Below are positions 26,981 through 37,181 of a DNA stretch of 64,000 nucleotides, piece after piece; positions within the stretch are counted from its first letter, which is position 1, and each line of letters opens with the position of its first letter. The notes beneath the pieces are model-generated. The model searched no databases, had not been told where the DNA came from, and saw only the letters and a program-made list of their open reading frames with translations. The stretch lies in the IMG/VR virus record IMGVR_UViG_3300023179_000054, positions 28,408 through 92,407 of that record, one strand, 5' to 3'. The stretch is from a virus. A program made the position numbers and the translations under genes.

Positions 26981-29178
26981 TATCCAACCTTCTTTGCTTG
27001 GCCTGCTACACGATCAACAAACTGGCGGAGCAGGACACGATTTACAGTTTTCTTTTGTGCGAATTTAGAGAATGCCTTAGCCATTTGTCGAGCGGTATTC
27101 TTTTTAGTATTATCAATAGCCAATTCATTCTTGGTATCTTTTAGTGCCTTAGAGTCAATAACATAATATTCATCATACCCGGCACTCTTGACAGGATAGA
27201 ACTTGTTATCGTTCCAGAACTTTTGGATTTGTTTCAACTTGTCCCAATTATCTCTAAGATTAAATTGGGTAGCAAACTTATTGAAAGAATTTCCAAAGAG
27301 GAAGAAACCAACAAGATTACAACCGGTGCGATCTTTTAGGATACGCAATAGAGTGTTGGTGTTATCAGCATAATTACCATAACCCCAAGGATACCAATCA
27401 TATGTTTTACGTGTTACTTTATCAACATAGAAATAACGACGGTTTTCACGGAACTGGCGTGGTGTTGTTTCATTCTTTATACCTTCACTTGGATTGGAGT
27501 CACCATCTGTAAGGAAGATAGTGTTCACGATTTCAAGTTTATTCTTAGCACGGAAGTCATCAACCAGTTTTGGCGCAATCATAATCGCATGATTAAGTGG
27601 CGTGCCACCCATACCATCAGTTGCCAACCAGTTGCGATTAGCGGCACACCAAAGCATAGTCATAGCAAAGTTCAATTCCTGAATATTCATTCGTGAAGAA
27701 AGGAAGTTGCGTAGAACGAGGTTTGAAGCACCAATTACATTTTCTTGACCGATATATGTAAATGGATTATCACAACCGTTATCTTTGAAGGCATACACCT
27801 CGAAAGGCACTCCGATTTGTTTACAGAACAAGCAAAGCGAAAACAGTTGCTTCATGGTATCTTTCAAGTTCCATTGCATAGAACCAGACCAATCAAGGAA
27901 CATAATAAAACCGTGGTTCTTACCTTTTGGAATATTAGTAAGACGACGGAAGATATCATCATTATACTTGTAAGAGTGGAGTTTATTTGTATCAATAACA
28001 CCAGTCTTGGAGATATTGATACGGGCATATGTTTCAGCAGCCTTCTTAGCCTCAAACTCTTTTACAAGGAAAGAGATTGTTTCTTTCTCTTTCATTTTCC
28101 ATTCGGTCATTTGTTTACGGCAAAACTCAAAAACATCTTTTGTAATATAACCACGGCCAACCTCATGGTTGTGCCAATCTTCAAGGACTTTCTTATAGTC
28201 GTGAACAGCCTTGTCCCAGTTTACCTGAGGCATATTTACATAGACGTAGGTTGAATTTTCGTCTTTAACAATATCTTGGGATTTTTTCTGCCATGTTTCA
28301 TCAGTTTCAGAAACAGGAGCATTTTCAGGCATAAAGTCACCGGCACCAGCACCAACATCTGCCTGGTTGGATTGAATATCACCTTCGCCGTTTAGTGCGT
28401 CGGATTTTTCTTCACCTTCACCGGAATCGGTTTCATTTTCATCTGACGGTTCTTCGCTTTCACCGTCATCATTATTAAAATTACCGTCGTAATTATCATC
28501 AACGTCGGAATCATTTTCTTCTCCTTCTTCGGACTCGATTAGATCAAGTTCCATTGTTTGTTGGTTTTCTAGTTTTTCTTTACAGTAGATATAGATTTCT
28601 TCTGTAAGACCAACAACTTCCTCAAATGTCTCAAGACCTTCAGCCCGTTTTAGGAACACTCGTTCTTCGGGTGAAAACTCCATTTTATAGTTAATACTAC
28701 CACCTTTGAAATAAATATTTAGGCGGTCAATAAAGTTCATGGTATTGATATCACGCTTGGCCGTGCCAAAGAAATCACGTTCTACTAATTCACGGTATCC
28801 GATAAGATAGTTTTTACGTGAACCAGGATAGCGGCGCTTTTGGCGCTTATCGATACGGGCATCCTCGACACAGTTGAGAAAACCTTTAATTGTTGAAGCA
28901 AGTTGTTCGGAAATCTTTTCGTTAGGGAAAACACGGGCAGCAATACCTTCATATGCTTTTTTATATGTGTCGGCATCAGGAGTATCCAGAGCATGGCCCG
29001 TCTCATGGACAATAAGGAGGTCTTGGAGATCATTTGAGATGCCTTGCCAAATAGGCAACATCAATACACGGCCTTTAAGGTCAAACATGGCGGTCTTAAT
29101 GCCTGGTGTTTGCTGAACCGTAATATTTTCCGTAGCAAGTAGTTTTGCTAGGAGAGACGTTTGATTTCCGTTAGACAT
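26980..29178 (-). CDS. CobT-like protein: HExxH metallopeptidase domain, acidic linker, VWA domain
   Basis: HETGH, N..ED.RI, MIDAS DWSGSM, GGTPL and LTDG; likely start MSNG at 29178. Confidence 0.85.
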   Translation of the reverse strand: MSNGNQTSLLAKLLATENITVQQTPGIKTAMFDLKGRVLMLPIWQGISNDLQDLLIVHETGHALDTPDADTYKKAYEGIAARVFPNEKISEQLASTIKGFLNCVEDARIDKRQKRRYPGSRKNYLIGYRELVERDFFGTAKRDINTMNFIDRLNIYFKGGSINYKMEFSPEERVFLKRAEGLETFEEVVGLTEEIYIYCKEKLENQQTMELDLIESEEGEENDSDVDDNYDGNFNNDDGESEEPSDENETDSGEGEEKSDALNGEGDIQSNQADVGAGAGDFMPENAPVSETDETWQKKSQDIVKDENSTYVYVNMPQVNWDKAVHDYKKVLEDWHNHEVGRGYITKDVFEFCRKQMTEWKMKEKETISFLVKEFEAKKAAETYARINISKTGVIDTNKLHSYKYNDDIFRRLTNIPKGKNHGFIMFLDWSGSMQWNLKDTMKQLFSLCLFCKQIGVPFEVYAFKDNGCDNPFTYIGQENVIGASNLVLRNFLSSRMNIQELNFAMTMLWCAANRNWLATDGMGGTPLNHAIMIAPKLVDDFRAKNKLEIVNTIFLTDGDSNPSEGIKNETTPRQFRENRRYFYVDKVTRKTYDWYPWGYGNYADNTNTLLRILKDRTGCNLVGFFLFGNSFNKFATQFNLRDNWDKLKQIQKFWNDNKFYPVKSAGYDEYYVIDSKALKDTKNELAIDNTKKNTARQMAKAFSKFAQKKTVNRVLLRQFVDRVAGQAKKVG

Positions 29179-29202
29179 CTGATTCCTTTCTCGATTTTCA
29201 GT

Positions 29203-29254
29203 ATTATAGCAAATCAAGGTGCATTTGTCAAGTTATAAGGGAATCAATAAGTTA
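29203..29254 (-). promoter_or_regulatory. perfect sigma70 promoter with an upstream IHF-consensus site
   Basis: TTGACA (29226-29231), 17 nt, TATAAT (29203-29208); AATCAATAAGTTA at 29242-29254 fits WATCAANNNNTTR. Confidence 0.75.
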
Positions 29255-29376
29255 GCGTGATAGTCGATTGTAAACCCACGCGGAAGTGAAGATTATTGCA
29301 TAGATTGTAAACACGATAAGGAATGGTTCAAGTAGATCCCAACGGTGTTCAAGTTTATGGAAATCAAAGTAATGCA

Positions 29377-30636
29377 TTATCTTCCTACCTGTGTTAGATA
29401 CTTGGCCTTTGTTTCTTCCCAATCCATATAGATTAGGTCATCATAGAAAAGAGTTTCCTTAGAAACACGGTCTTGTTCAATTAAAGACTTAATCCGTTTT
29501 CCTGCATACTTATCTTTCCATAGATTTACCAGAGAATCATAACTGGAATCAAACGCCTTGGCAAGTTCTTTCTCGGAAATTTCCTTACGCAAGAATTCGT
29601 TGGTGTTGGTATACAAAGGACTAAAATAGATACCACGGGCATGTTCCGATCTAATCAATTCTTTAGGAACATTTAGTTGAGAATACATGAATGTATAAGA
29701 ACGGTTCTTGTGGTCTCTCTTATAAGGCATACCATCAAGGTTCTTGGCGACATACCACTCAAAGTATTTTCTTGTATGGTTCTTTTTCAACCAATCAAGC
29801 ATAAGTTTTACAGTAGGTTTTCTTGCTTCATAAGAGACAGAGCCTGATGTGAAGCCCATTTTCTTCCAATGTTGTAGGCGATCATATTGCGATAACTGGT
29901 TAGTTTTAGACTTACCGTATAATGATGTAGTAGTAACGCCAATGAGTGTATCACCATATTGTTTTTTCCAATCTTGTTGTACCTTATCACAGAGACAAAG
30001 TAATGCTAAAAGTTTACCGCCTGTATAGTTATAACCAAGTGGTTGTAATGGCACAATAGTAGAACCAATGGCCGTGTGATTGATCATACCTTGATTAGTC
30101 TTTACCTCACGGGACCATCCAATATGGTTATCTCGTGGAGTCAAGTCTAGGAAGTCAGAAGAAATACAAATTACCCCTAGGTACTTTCCGGTAACATCAT
30201 CTTGCACAATATAAGATAGATTACGACCAATATTGGAGTTATTCTTCATAGTGGACGTAAAGTTGCGAATAGTATTCCAAGTGTCCTGCATATCAAACTC
30301 AGGAGTATAAACAAGGACTGGTTTCAATTTCGCATAGTCCATTGGATCATTAGGAATCCAGATGTTATCTTTAATCTTATTGATAGCAAGTTCCTGTTCA
30401 CCATCTTCAAGGCATGTACCAAAAAGTCCTTGGTGTGTAGGATACTTAATATGAATTTCTAACCACTTTTGATATAAAGTATATTCTTCAACCGACATCG
30501 CGGATACATTTGTGAGATCCTCAACGACGGCCTCTTTTAGTTGCTCATCGTTAAGGGCCTCAGGTGCGGTAAATGTTGATTGAAATTCATCCCACTGGCG
30601 TTCAACATCCTTTAGTTCATCTTCACTTTTTGCCAA
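29377..30636 (-). CDS. DUF4338 / DruA-like protein
   Basis: GR.L...V.D..TGKYLG, PRD..IGW, P.QPLGYN..GGKLLA and TTSLYG...SQY. Confidence 0.7.
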   Translation of the reverse strand: MAKSEDELKDVERQWDEFQSTFTAPEALNDEQLKEAVVEDLTNVSAMSVEEYTLYQKWLEIHIKYPTHQGLFGTCLEDGEQELAINKIKDNIWIPNDPMDYAKLKPVLVYTPEFDMQDTWNTIRNFTSTMKNNSNIGRNLSYIVQDDVTGKYLGVICISSDFLDLTPRDNHIGWSREVKTNQGMINHTAIGSTIVPLQPLGYNYTGGKLLALLCLCDKVQQDWKKQYGDTLIGVTTTSLYGKSKTNQLSQYDRLQHWKKMGFTSGSVSYEARKPTVKLMLDWLKKNHTRKYFEWYVAKNLDGMPYKRDHKNRSYTFMYSQLNVPKELIRSEHARGIYFSPLYTNTNEFLRKEISEKELAKAFDSSYDSLVNLWKDKYAGKRIKSLIEQDRVSKETLFYDDLIYMDWEETKAKYLTQVGR

Positions 30637-30651
30637 TTAATATCTCCATAA

Positions 30652-31215
30652 TTATTTAACATGTATTAATTCATTCGGTATTATATCTATAATCAAATGA
30701 ACCCTACCTTCATTTCCCAAATTGTTAACGCTATGTAGTTTGGAATTATCGATTTGATAACATTCACCTTCTTTCATATTGATAGTTTCATTACCTACAG
30801 AAAATGAACATTCATAATTAGTTTTTATAGGTATATGATTTCTATAACAACTTTCTAAATAAAATCCTGTATCACCGTGAGGTGGTATTAATCCTTTAGG
30901 TTTAAGATAGGCTAACATAGAACGTCCTACTTTTCCATTTTGTATAATTTCCAACTCTATGATGATATTATAAATATTTTCTTTTATGATAAGAGGTAAA
31001 TCATCACTATGTTCGATTTCATACTTTTTTGAACTGTTCCATTCTAATGGAATTAATGTGTTGAAAATGGATAAAGTATGTTTATGTGTACCAAAATCAT
31101 TTCTTAAAACACCATTATAATTCCATTTTGATTCCTCTATTAAATGTAAGTTTTTTTTTATTTCACTAACATCAAAAGTTTTATAATAAATAAAATTAAA
31201 ATTTTTCATTTCCAT
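30652..31215 (-). CDS. aspartyl/asparaginyl beta-hydroxylase-like 2OG-Fe(II) oxygenase
   Basis: IPPHGD, R.HIPI.TN and H.V.N.G...R.HLIID; AT-rich. Confidence 0.85.
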   Translation of the reverse strand: MEMKNFNFIYYKTFDVSEIKKNLHLIEESKWNYNGVLRNDFGTHKHTLSIFNTLIPLEWNSSKKYEIEHSDDLPLIIKENIYNIIIELEIIQNGKVGRSMLAYLKPKGLIPPHGDTGFYLESCYRNHIPIKTNYECSFSVGNETINMKEGECYQIDNSKLHSVNNLGNEGRVHLIIDIIPNELIHVK

Positions 31216-31489
31216 CTATCTTTAATTTCTTTAACACGATTTCTTAAATATTCTTCAACTACAGGTGTTATATTATCATTATTTTTGCGAACTGTCAATC
31301 TATTAATTTCATGTTGAAATGCGATCATGGTATTATAATCTTGGGAATAACTGTAGTTTTTATGAGGATCAGTTTTTGCCATATTGTTTGCTCCATAGGT
31401 AATTATTCACATTTACCATAAGTTTCGCAAAACAATTCATAATATGACTATTCCAGAACCAGTGATTATATCTTTTCATTTTGGTGCTC

Positions 31490-31717
31490 CTAAGTTAGTT
31501 CTTTCACCACACCAGCAATATAAATTAATATTATAACAAACTGAATTGTTATAAGCGACCACTTTCTCCATAACAAAGCGACCAATAACCATGCGAAATT
31601 ACCGGCCAAAGAAACATAGATGTTTAATGGATATATGTTCCATGATGTAAGTGCTACACCAATAATAAGCAGTATGGTAGCGAACCACTCAATAACAAAT
31701 TCAACTCTCTTATTCAT
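31490..31717 (-). CDS. small multi-pass membrane protein
   Basis: about three hydrophobic segments. Confidence 0.65.
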   Translation of the reverse strand: MNKRVEFVIEWFATILLIIGVALTSWNIYPLNIYVSLAGNFAWLLVALLWRKWSLITIQFVIILIYIAGVVKELT

Positions 31718-31801
31718 TTATCCATCCCATTTGAGATAATCCCCATAACGCATCTACATTAACACGGACAAAATCTCCATCGGGTGTTTGAATTATCATA
31801 A

Positions 31802-32098
31802 TCACTTATTCATCTCCTTACGAAAGTCAAAGTCATCTGTTAGGAACTGATCCTCAATACCTTGACGAATTTCATCTAATCTATCGGCAAGTATCTTTAT
31901 TGACCTTTCCGATATAGCATCTACAAGGATAGAATTAACTTTTTGGCCTTGTTTAAGACCAAACTCTTCCATAATAGTAGGTGCCACCGCAAGGCGTTCA
32001 TAGACACCGTTGCGAGACGCCAATACAAATGGAATCTTACCTTCGTCCATTAATCGTTCGGACTCGGCAATATATCGTAATGTTTCCTTATCAAGCAT
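31802..32098 (-). CDS. hypothetical protein, probably on a leaderless mRNA
   Basis: TTGACA-17-TAAGAT ends 6 nt before the ATG; no SD. Confidence 0.65.
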   Translation of the reverse strand: MLDKETLRYIAESERLMDEGKIPFVLASRNGVYERLAVAPTIMEEFGLKQGQKVNSILVDAISERSIKILADRLDEIRQGIEDQFLTDDFDFRKEMNK

Positions 32099-32115
32099 GG
32101 GTATATCTTACAAGG

Positions 32116-33837
32116 TTATTGGTCTTTTGTCAAGACAGAAAAGTTCTTTACCTTTTCAAATCTAATATTTCTTTGGAACCTATCAACCATGGCATCCTTA
32201 TGTGATATAACAAAGATGTTTGTTCCTTTATCGCCCATTTCCCACATAATCTTAATAAACTCATCCGTTCCTGTAGAATCCATAGCACGATCAAGGATTT
32301 CATCAAACACCAGAATGTTGACGTTGACCGAGTTCTTCATCTTGGCAATCTGTCTCCATGTAAGGAGGATGGCCAAATCAATTCTTAACTTTTCTCCTTC
32401 TGAGAAGTTGTGATATGAAAACTCGTCCCTATAGCGTGACTTAATGGATTCCTCGAATGATTCGTTGATGTTAAAGTTGACGAAAAACCCAAGCTTGGCA
32501 AGGTACTTGTTGATCTGTTTATTGATGATTGGTAGATATTGTTTGATAATCTTGGTCTTAATACCACCGTCTTTAAGCAAGGTTGTGGCCAGGTCAATAT
32601 ATTGTCTCTCATCTAAAAGGGCCTTCTTTTCTTCTTCGAGGGTGGAAATGTCATGTTGGACTTGGGTGAGTTGTCGTTCGCTATCTTGCGTAGTTTTGTC
32701 CGATGTAGCAAACGATTCAATCTGTTCAGCAATTTGTGAAAGATTATTAGAGATAGAGTTATAGGAAGTTTTAGAAGATGAAATAGATACTCTAAGGTCA
32801 TTTATTTTCTTTAAAACCTCATCCACCTTTTCAATTTCACCTAAGCATTGGTCAATCTGTTCGGAAACCTTATTTAGTCCTTCGTTGATTTCACCAATCT
32901 TGGAATTATTATCTTGTATTGCTTTTTCTTTATGGTCGGAAGCAATATCTTGTTTACATGTAGGACAACTATCATTATCGTGATAAAAGGCCACCTCCTT
33001 CTGTAGCCTCTCTTGGTTGTTCTCCATCTTAGCACGGAAACCGACCAACTTACTATGCTTTGATTTGAGTGCTGAGGTATCTGCACCTTCTTCAATCAAG
33101 GCATCTCTTTTTGCTTCTAAGTCGGAAATAGTCGTTTGTTCGGAAACTAAACTATCTTTTAGTTCCTGTTCTTTCTCTCGTAAAAGTGAAAGTTTAGTTT
33201 CATTATTCGACTTTAAGGACTCTAAAGTCTGCTCAATATAAGTTTTATTTTCTTCTTTGCTGGTGAGTGTAATTCTATTCTTCTCAAGTCCTTCACGATT
33301 AATTTGTAATCGGTTCTTAACCACACCTGACATAGCAGAGAAAATTTGAATGTCTAATAAGTCCTCAATAACAGACCGACGGTCGCCAGGTGATAGTTGC
33401 ATAAAAGGAACAAACGATGCTGAACCAAGAATAACAACCTGTGTAAAGGACTTAAAGTTCATTTTTATAATATGCTTTTCAAGATATTCTTGGTAGTCTT
33501 TGACCGCTGCGTCTTGATTGACCATTTTACCTTCACAATATATTTCGAAGATATTTGGCTTTGCACCACGAATAACCTTGTATCGTCTATTCGAAATAGT
33601 GAACTCAATTTCCACCTCACAGTTCTTGCCGTTAATAGAGTTTACGACATTACCTTTGTTGACCTTACGAAAAGGTTTACCAAACAATACAAACACAATA
33701 GCATCCAGAAAGGTTGACTTTCCAGCACCATTATGGCCCATGATAAGGGTATTCTTATGTTTGTCTAATTCTATTTCAGTCCAGGCATTACCGGACGAAA
33801 GAAAATTTTTATAGCGAATCGTATGGAATGTTATCAT
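32116..33837 (-). CDS. gp46: recombination endonuclease subunit (SbcC/Rad50-like)
   Basis: NFLSSGN, GHNGAGKST, CPTC hook, FSEGEK and FDEILD. Confidence 0.96.
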   Translation of the reverse strand: MITFHTIRYKNFLSSGNAWTEIELDKHKNTLIMGHNGAGKSTFLDAIVFVLFGKPFRKVNKGNVVNSINGKNCEVEIEFTISNRRYKVIRGAKPNIFEIYCEGKMVNQDAAVKDYQEYLEKHIIKMNFKSFTQVVILGSASFVPFMQLSPGDRRSVIEDLLDIQIFSAMSGVVKNRLQINREGLEKNRITLTSKEENKTYIEQTLESLKSNNETKLSLLREKEQELKDSLVSEQTTISDLEAKRDALIEEGADTSALKSKHSKLVGFRAKMENNQERLQKEVAFYHDNDSCPTCKQDIASDHKEKAIQDNNSKIGEINEGLNKVSEQIDQCLGEIEKVDEVLKKINDLRVSISSSKTSYNSISNNLSQIAEQIESFATSDKTTQDSERQLTQVQHDISTLEEEKKALLDERQYIDLATTLLKDGGIKTKIIKQYLPIINKQINKYLAKLGFFVNFNINESFEESIKSRYRDEFSYHNFSEGEKLRIDLAILLTWRQIAKMKNSVNVNILVFDEILDRAMDSTGTDEFIKIMWEMGDKGTNIFVISHKDAMVDRFQRNIRFEKVKNFSVLTKDQ

Positions 33838-34480
33838 AATCTCTTATTCTTTGTAAAGGACTTGGTGTTGATGATTCTATGTTATGAACAAAAAAGACTT
33901 GTACCAATCTTGTTTCATTACCCATATAGTAATGACTTGGTGAATGAGGAATTTTACCGTCAAAACATATCAGTCGATTATATTGATTACTAATTTTAGT
34001 AGTTTCTTCGAAAGAAGAATTATTCTTAGTTATATTATTATCAAAATTATCATCTATACCAGATGCATAAAATTTATGCATAGATTTACCATCAAAAGGT
34101 TCTTTATCTTTAATTTTTTTATATACTGTTGTTCCTAACTTATCATTAAAACCTGGCGTAAGATATACAACACCGGCCGCTAAACAACCATCTTCATGTA
34201 TCCAACCCATATTTTTAGGAGATAATGGATTAGGATCAAGTGTTGAAACTTTCCAAAAAGAAGTTAACACATTCCATTTCATATCAGGAGAATAATAAAT
34301 TGAAAAGAGTTTAGAACAAAATCCAGTAAATAAATCTCTGTTCAATTCATATAAATGTTTTGTTCTTTTACCAGGATAATTACCTGGAGAATCCAAGTAT
34401 TCTTGCTTTAAAGCGAACTCACGGATTTTATCCGGTTCTTTATAAAAATTATCAACAATAAGTGTAGGAAAGTTAATCAT
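33809..34480 (-). CDS. DUF6445-like 2OG-Fe(II) oxygenase inserted between gp47 and gp46
   Basis: IVDNFY..PD, PG.RT, WIHED, A..VYL, GT and YNRL..FD...H...RL.Q. Confidence 0.7.
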   Translation of the reverse strand: MINFPTLIVDNFYKEPDKIREFALKQEYLDSPGNYPGKRTKHLYELNRDLFTGFCSKLFSIYYSPDMKWNVLTSFWKVSTLDPNPLSPKNMGWIHEDGCLAAGVVYLTPGFNDKLGTTVYKKIKDKEPFDGKSMHKFYASGIDDNFDNNITKNNSSFEETTKISNQYNRLICFDGKIPHSPSHYYMGNETRLVQVFFVHNIESSTPSPLQRIRDYDNIPYDSL

Positions 34481-35553
34481 ACTGTTTCTACCTGTAGTGC
34501 CTCTTGATAAACATCTAACATGAATGATTTCATTCTAGCAGATTCAATAGGTAATGTCAAGCTATCAATATACTTAGAAAGGATTGTGGATGTATCTTCA
34601 GCCTCATCAACGGAATCGGAGTCTTCACCTTCTATTAGAACGGAAGCATCTTCAATTACGGTTATGTCTAATGGGCCTACCTTATATATGGAATCAAATA
34701 AAAGGTCAAATGCGTAAGGATTGGATTTGTTTATAACAACCATTTTAACAAACGTATTTTTATACTTACTAAAATCCGTTTTTTGAATTTTTTCTACTAT
34801 ATTAGGATTAGCAACATCATCATACTTTGCTAGTCTAAACATCTTATAAGGGTTTTCTAAAAATTCAATTTGTCTGGTCTCCGTATCGAAAACAGAAAAT
34901 CCCCGAGGGTCGGAATAGTCATGCCAAGTATATTCAGCAAAGGCACCAATATAAGAAACATTACCAATAGTAGAGCGATGATGATAATGTCCTGAATAGA
35001 CTTTATCAAACTTGTCGAAAACTTTACGATCCAATCCATGGTCTGATATCAATCCTTTATGCATAGTAAAACCGTTTAGTTCAAGGTGTCCCATAAGAAC
35101 TTCGGCTCGTGGGTGTTCTATAACATCCATAGCCACCTCTCTATTAGAGTTGGTGATCCATGGCATTATTTGAATATCGAGGCCATCAATATTGATAATA
35201 TCAGGTAGGCCATAAGTAGAAATAAACCTATATCTTCCAGCGACAAGTTCATCTAACGCATTAACCTCATGTGTATCTTTATAATAAGAGTCATGATTAC
35301 CTTGAATGATATGTGTTTCTATACCACGATCTTCTAAAGGATCGAGGAGGTCTTCTCTACAACGTTTTGCGGATAAGAAGTTGATATATTTACGTCGGTC
35401 GAATATGTCTCCCAAGTGTACCACATGCCTAATATTATTAGCATCAATGTAATTGAAAAACCAGTCATAACAACGTTTTTGATAATCGTGAAACGCCGGG
35501 TTATCATTCCGGATCCCCGCATGGGTGTCCGTGATGAGTGCAATCTTTGCCAT
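34477..35553 (-). CDS. gp47: recombination endonuclease subunit (SbcD/Mre11-like)
   Basis: TDTH.G, HLGD.FDRR, GNHD and SGHYH. Confidence 0.95.
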   Translation of the reverse strand: MAKIALITDTHAGIRNDNPAFHDYQKRCYDWFFNYIDANNIRHVVHLGDIFDRRKYINFLSAKRCREDLLDPLEDRGIETHIIQGNHDSYYKDTHEVNALDELVAGRYRFISTYGLPDIINIDGLDIQIMPWITNSNREVAMDVIEHPRAEVLMGHLELNGFTMHKGLISDHGLDRKVFDKFDKVYSGHYHHRSTIGNVSYIGAFAEYTWHDYSDPRGFSVFDTETRQIEFLENPYKMFRLAKYDDVANPNIVEKIQKTDFSKYKNTFVKMVVINKSNPYAFDLLFDSIYKVGPLDITVIEDASVLIEGEDSDSVDEAEDTSTILSKYIDSLTLPIESARMKSFMLDVYQEALQVETV

Positions 35554-35562
35554 AATTTATCC

Positions 35563-36180
35563 TTACATAATAAAAAAGGTAGAAAAAGCAAATCTACCTT
35601 TTCCAGAACAAACTTCATTTTTTTCATCCATTATTACCTCTGAAACACTATGTCTTGCCCAAGAAGGAAACAAAACGGACATGTTATTTTTTATATCTAT
35701 TTTATAATTAACATCATCAAAAATTAAATCACCACCTTTAAATTTTTTCGGATCTTCAAATAACCAAAAAATATAAGTATAACAAGAACTATCATGATGT
35801 GAAAGATAATAATCTCCATTTTCATAGTAACTGAATAAAGTATAATCATAATTAGTATTAAAAAATAAATTTATATTATAATCTTTATGAATTAATTTTT
35901 CTTTATCTTTAGTTATTGAGGTTAAAAATTTTTTATAAATTGTTAAATAATTTGATAGATTAGAATTATAACATTCATTTATAAAAATACCTCTATTACT
36001 TTTCAAAAATGACAATTTGTCCGAAGATTTAGATGAAGATGTTTCATCAGGTGTTTTTAGTTTATTTTCATCACATAAAAAAATGGCCTCTTTCCATATA
36101 TAAGATAATTCTTTTTCATCAAAAACATTTTCAAATGTTAAAAATGAAAACTTATCCGTAGTTATATGTTTAATTTCCAT
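35563..36180 (-). CDS. prolyl-4-hydroxylase-like 2OG-Fe(II) oxygenase
   Basis: YY..GDYY..HHD, F.GG.L and FPSW..H.V..V...GRF; very AT-rich. Confidence 0.8.
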   Translation of the reverse strand: MEIKHITTDKFSFLTFENVFDEKELSYIWKEAIFLCDENKLKTPDETSSSKSSDKLSFLKSNRGIFINECYNSNLSNYLTIYKKFLTSITKDKEKLIHKDYNINLFFNTNYDYTLFSYYENGDYYLSHHDSSCYTYIFWLFEDPKKFKGGDLIFDDVNYKIDIKNNMSVLFPSWARHSVSEVIMDEKNEVCSGKGRFAFSTFFIM

Positions 36181-36211
36181 AAAACAATTCCAATAGCAAA
36201 TTCTTAGATAC

Positions 36212-36240
36212 AGTATATACTAAAAATCGAACCTCGTCAA
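36212..36240 (-). promoter_or_regulatory. sigma70-type promoter TTGACG-17-TATACT
   Basis: read directly, upstream of the oxygenase and gp47. Confidence 0.65.
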
Positions 36241-36422
36241 TCTTCTTTAGTAAGTTCTTTATACGTCTCAACTTCGCTTTGCCTTAACCAACCGAGAGTA
36301 ACCATTCTATCAAAAATCTTTTCTTTATCTTTATTGTTCGTAGGAATAGGTTCTACTACTTTGTCACAAAACCATTCAACGGATTGGTCGATTTCTTTGA
36401 TTAGGTCATCGATATCGGTCAT
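36237..36422 (-). CDS. hypothetical protein
   Basis: 61-aa ORF, ATGA-coupled. Confidence 0.6.
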   Translation of the reverse strand: MTDIDDLIKEIDQSVEWFCDKVVEPIPTNNKDKEKIFDRMVTLGWLRQSEVETYKELTKED

Positions 36423-36622
36423 GATGATTTACGGCGCTTAAAGGTATTTGCCGTTCCCATTTCTGTGTCATAATCATTAATGGCATTATCAATAGCCCGC
36501 TTAATAGCATCTAATCTCATACGATAGTTGCCACGAACGTGGACTCTTTCTTTTTTGTCCTTCAAGGCCGACAATAACTGCTGGACTTGGAAAGGTACCT
36601 CAAACTGGTTCTCTTCTTTCAT
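36419..36622 (-). CDS. hypothetical protein downstream of gp55
   Basis: likely start MKEE at 36622 with a GGAG RBS. Confidence 0.6.
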   Translation of the reverse strand: MKEENQFEVPFQVQQLLSALKDKKERVHVRGNYRMRLDAIKRAIDNAINDYDTEMGTANTFKRRKSS

Positions 36623-37181
36623 CTTCTTCTCCAAAAAACTTATCAAGTCCTTCTTTGGCCGCTTTACGTTTCTCTTTCTTTTCCGCTTCGCGTCCTTCGA
36701 ACTTCTTAATGAACTCGTTTAGGTTATCATACATCGTGGAGGAAATCAAGTGGTTGTCGTCACTATCTATCATTAATGCCGCGTCCGATGTATCTAAGAC
36801 ACTTTCTTGGAACTTTTTATATATGATATATCTATTTTTTTCTTCTTTACTTATCCTTCTATGGAAAGCATAATAGATAATTTGTGTGAAATAGGCAAAA
36901 GGATTAGATCCTTTGTCAGGATTAAAGTTATCAAAGTAAAGAAAACAATTTTCAATAGCATCAGAAACCAACTCATCACGGAATGAGTAGTTCATAAATC
37001 GTGGCTTATGAGAAAGATTCTCGGCAATCAAGTAGATACATTTACCGATATACTCAGATACACGAGGTTTTTCAAGGCCTTGTTCTTTGGCCTCGGCAAT
37101 TCTTTTCTTATATTCTACAATCTCATTCAAGAACCTCTCGTTATCAACATAGTGGTTCTTTTTCTTTTTCACATTACTCAT
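36600..37181 (-). CDS. gp55: late-transcription sigma factor
   Basis: HYVDN..F, IA..LS.KP.F.NYS.R.E...D.IENC and NPFAYFTQI.Y.AF.RRI.KE. Confidence 0.96.
   Translation of the reverse strand: MSNVKKKKNHYVDNERFLNEIVEYKKRIAEAKEQGLEKPRVSEYIGKCIYLIAENLSHKPRFMNYSFRDELVSDAIENCFLYFDNFNPDKGSNPFAYFTQIIYYAFHRRISKEEKNRYIIYKKFQESVLDTSDAALMIDSDDNHLISSTMYDNLNEFIKKFEGREAEKKEKRKAAKEGLDKFFGEEDERREPV

Noticed and set aside
29377-30636. Complete Druantia defence system
   Set aside because: No DruE helicase or other dru genes in the window.
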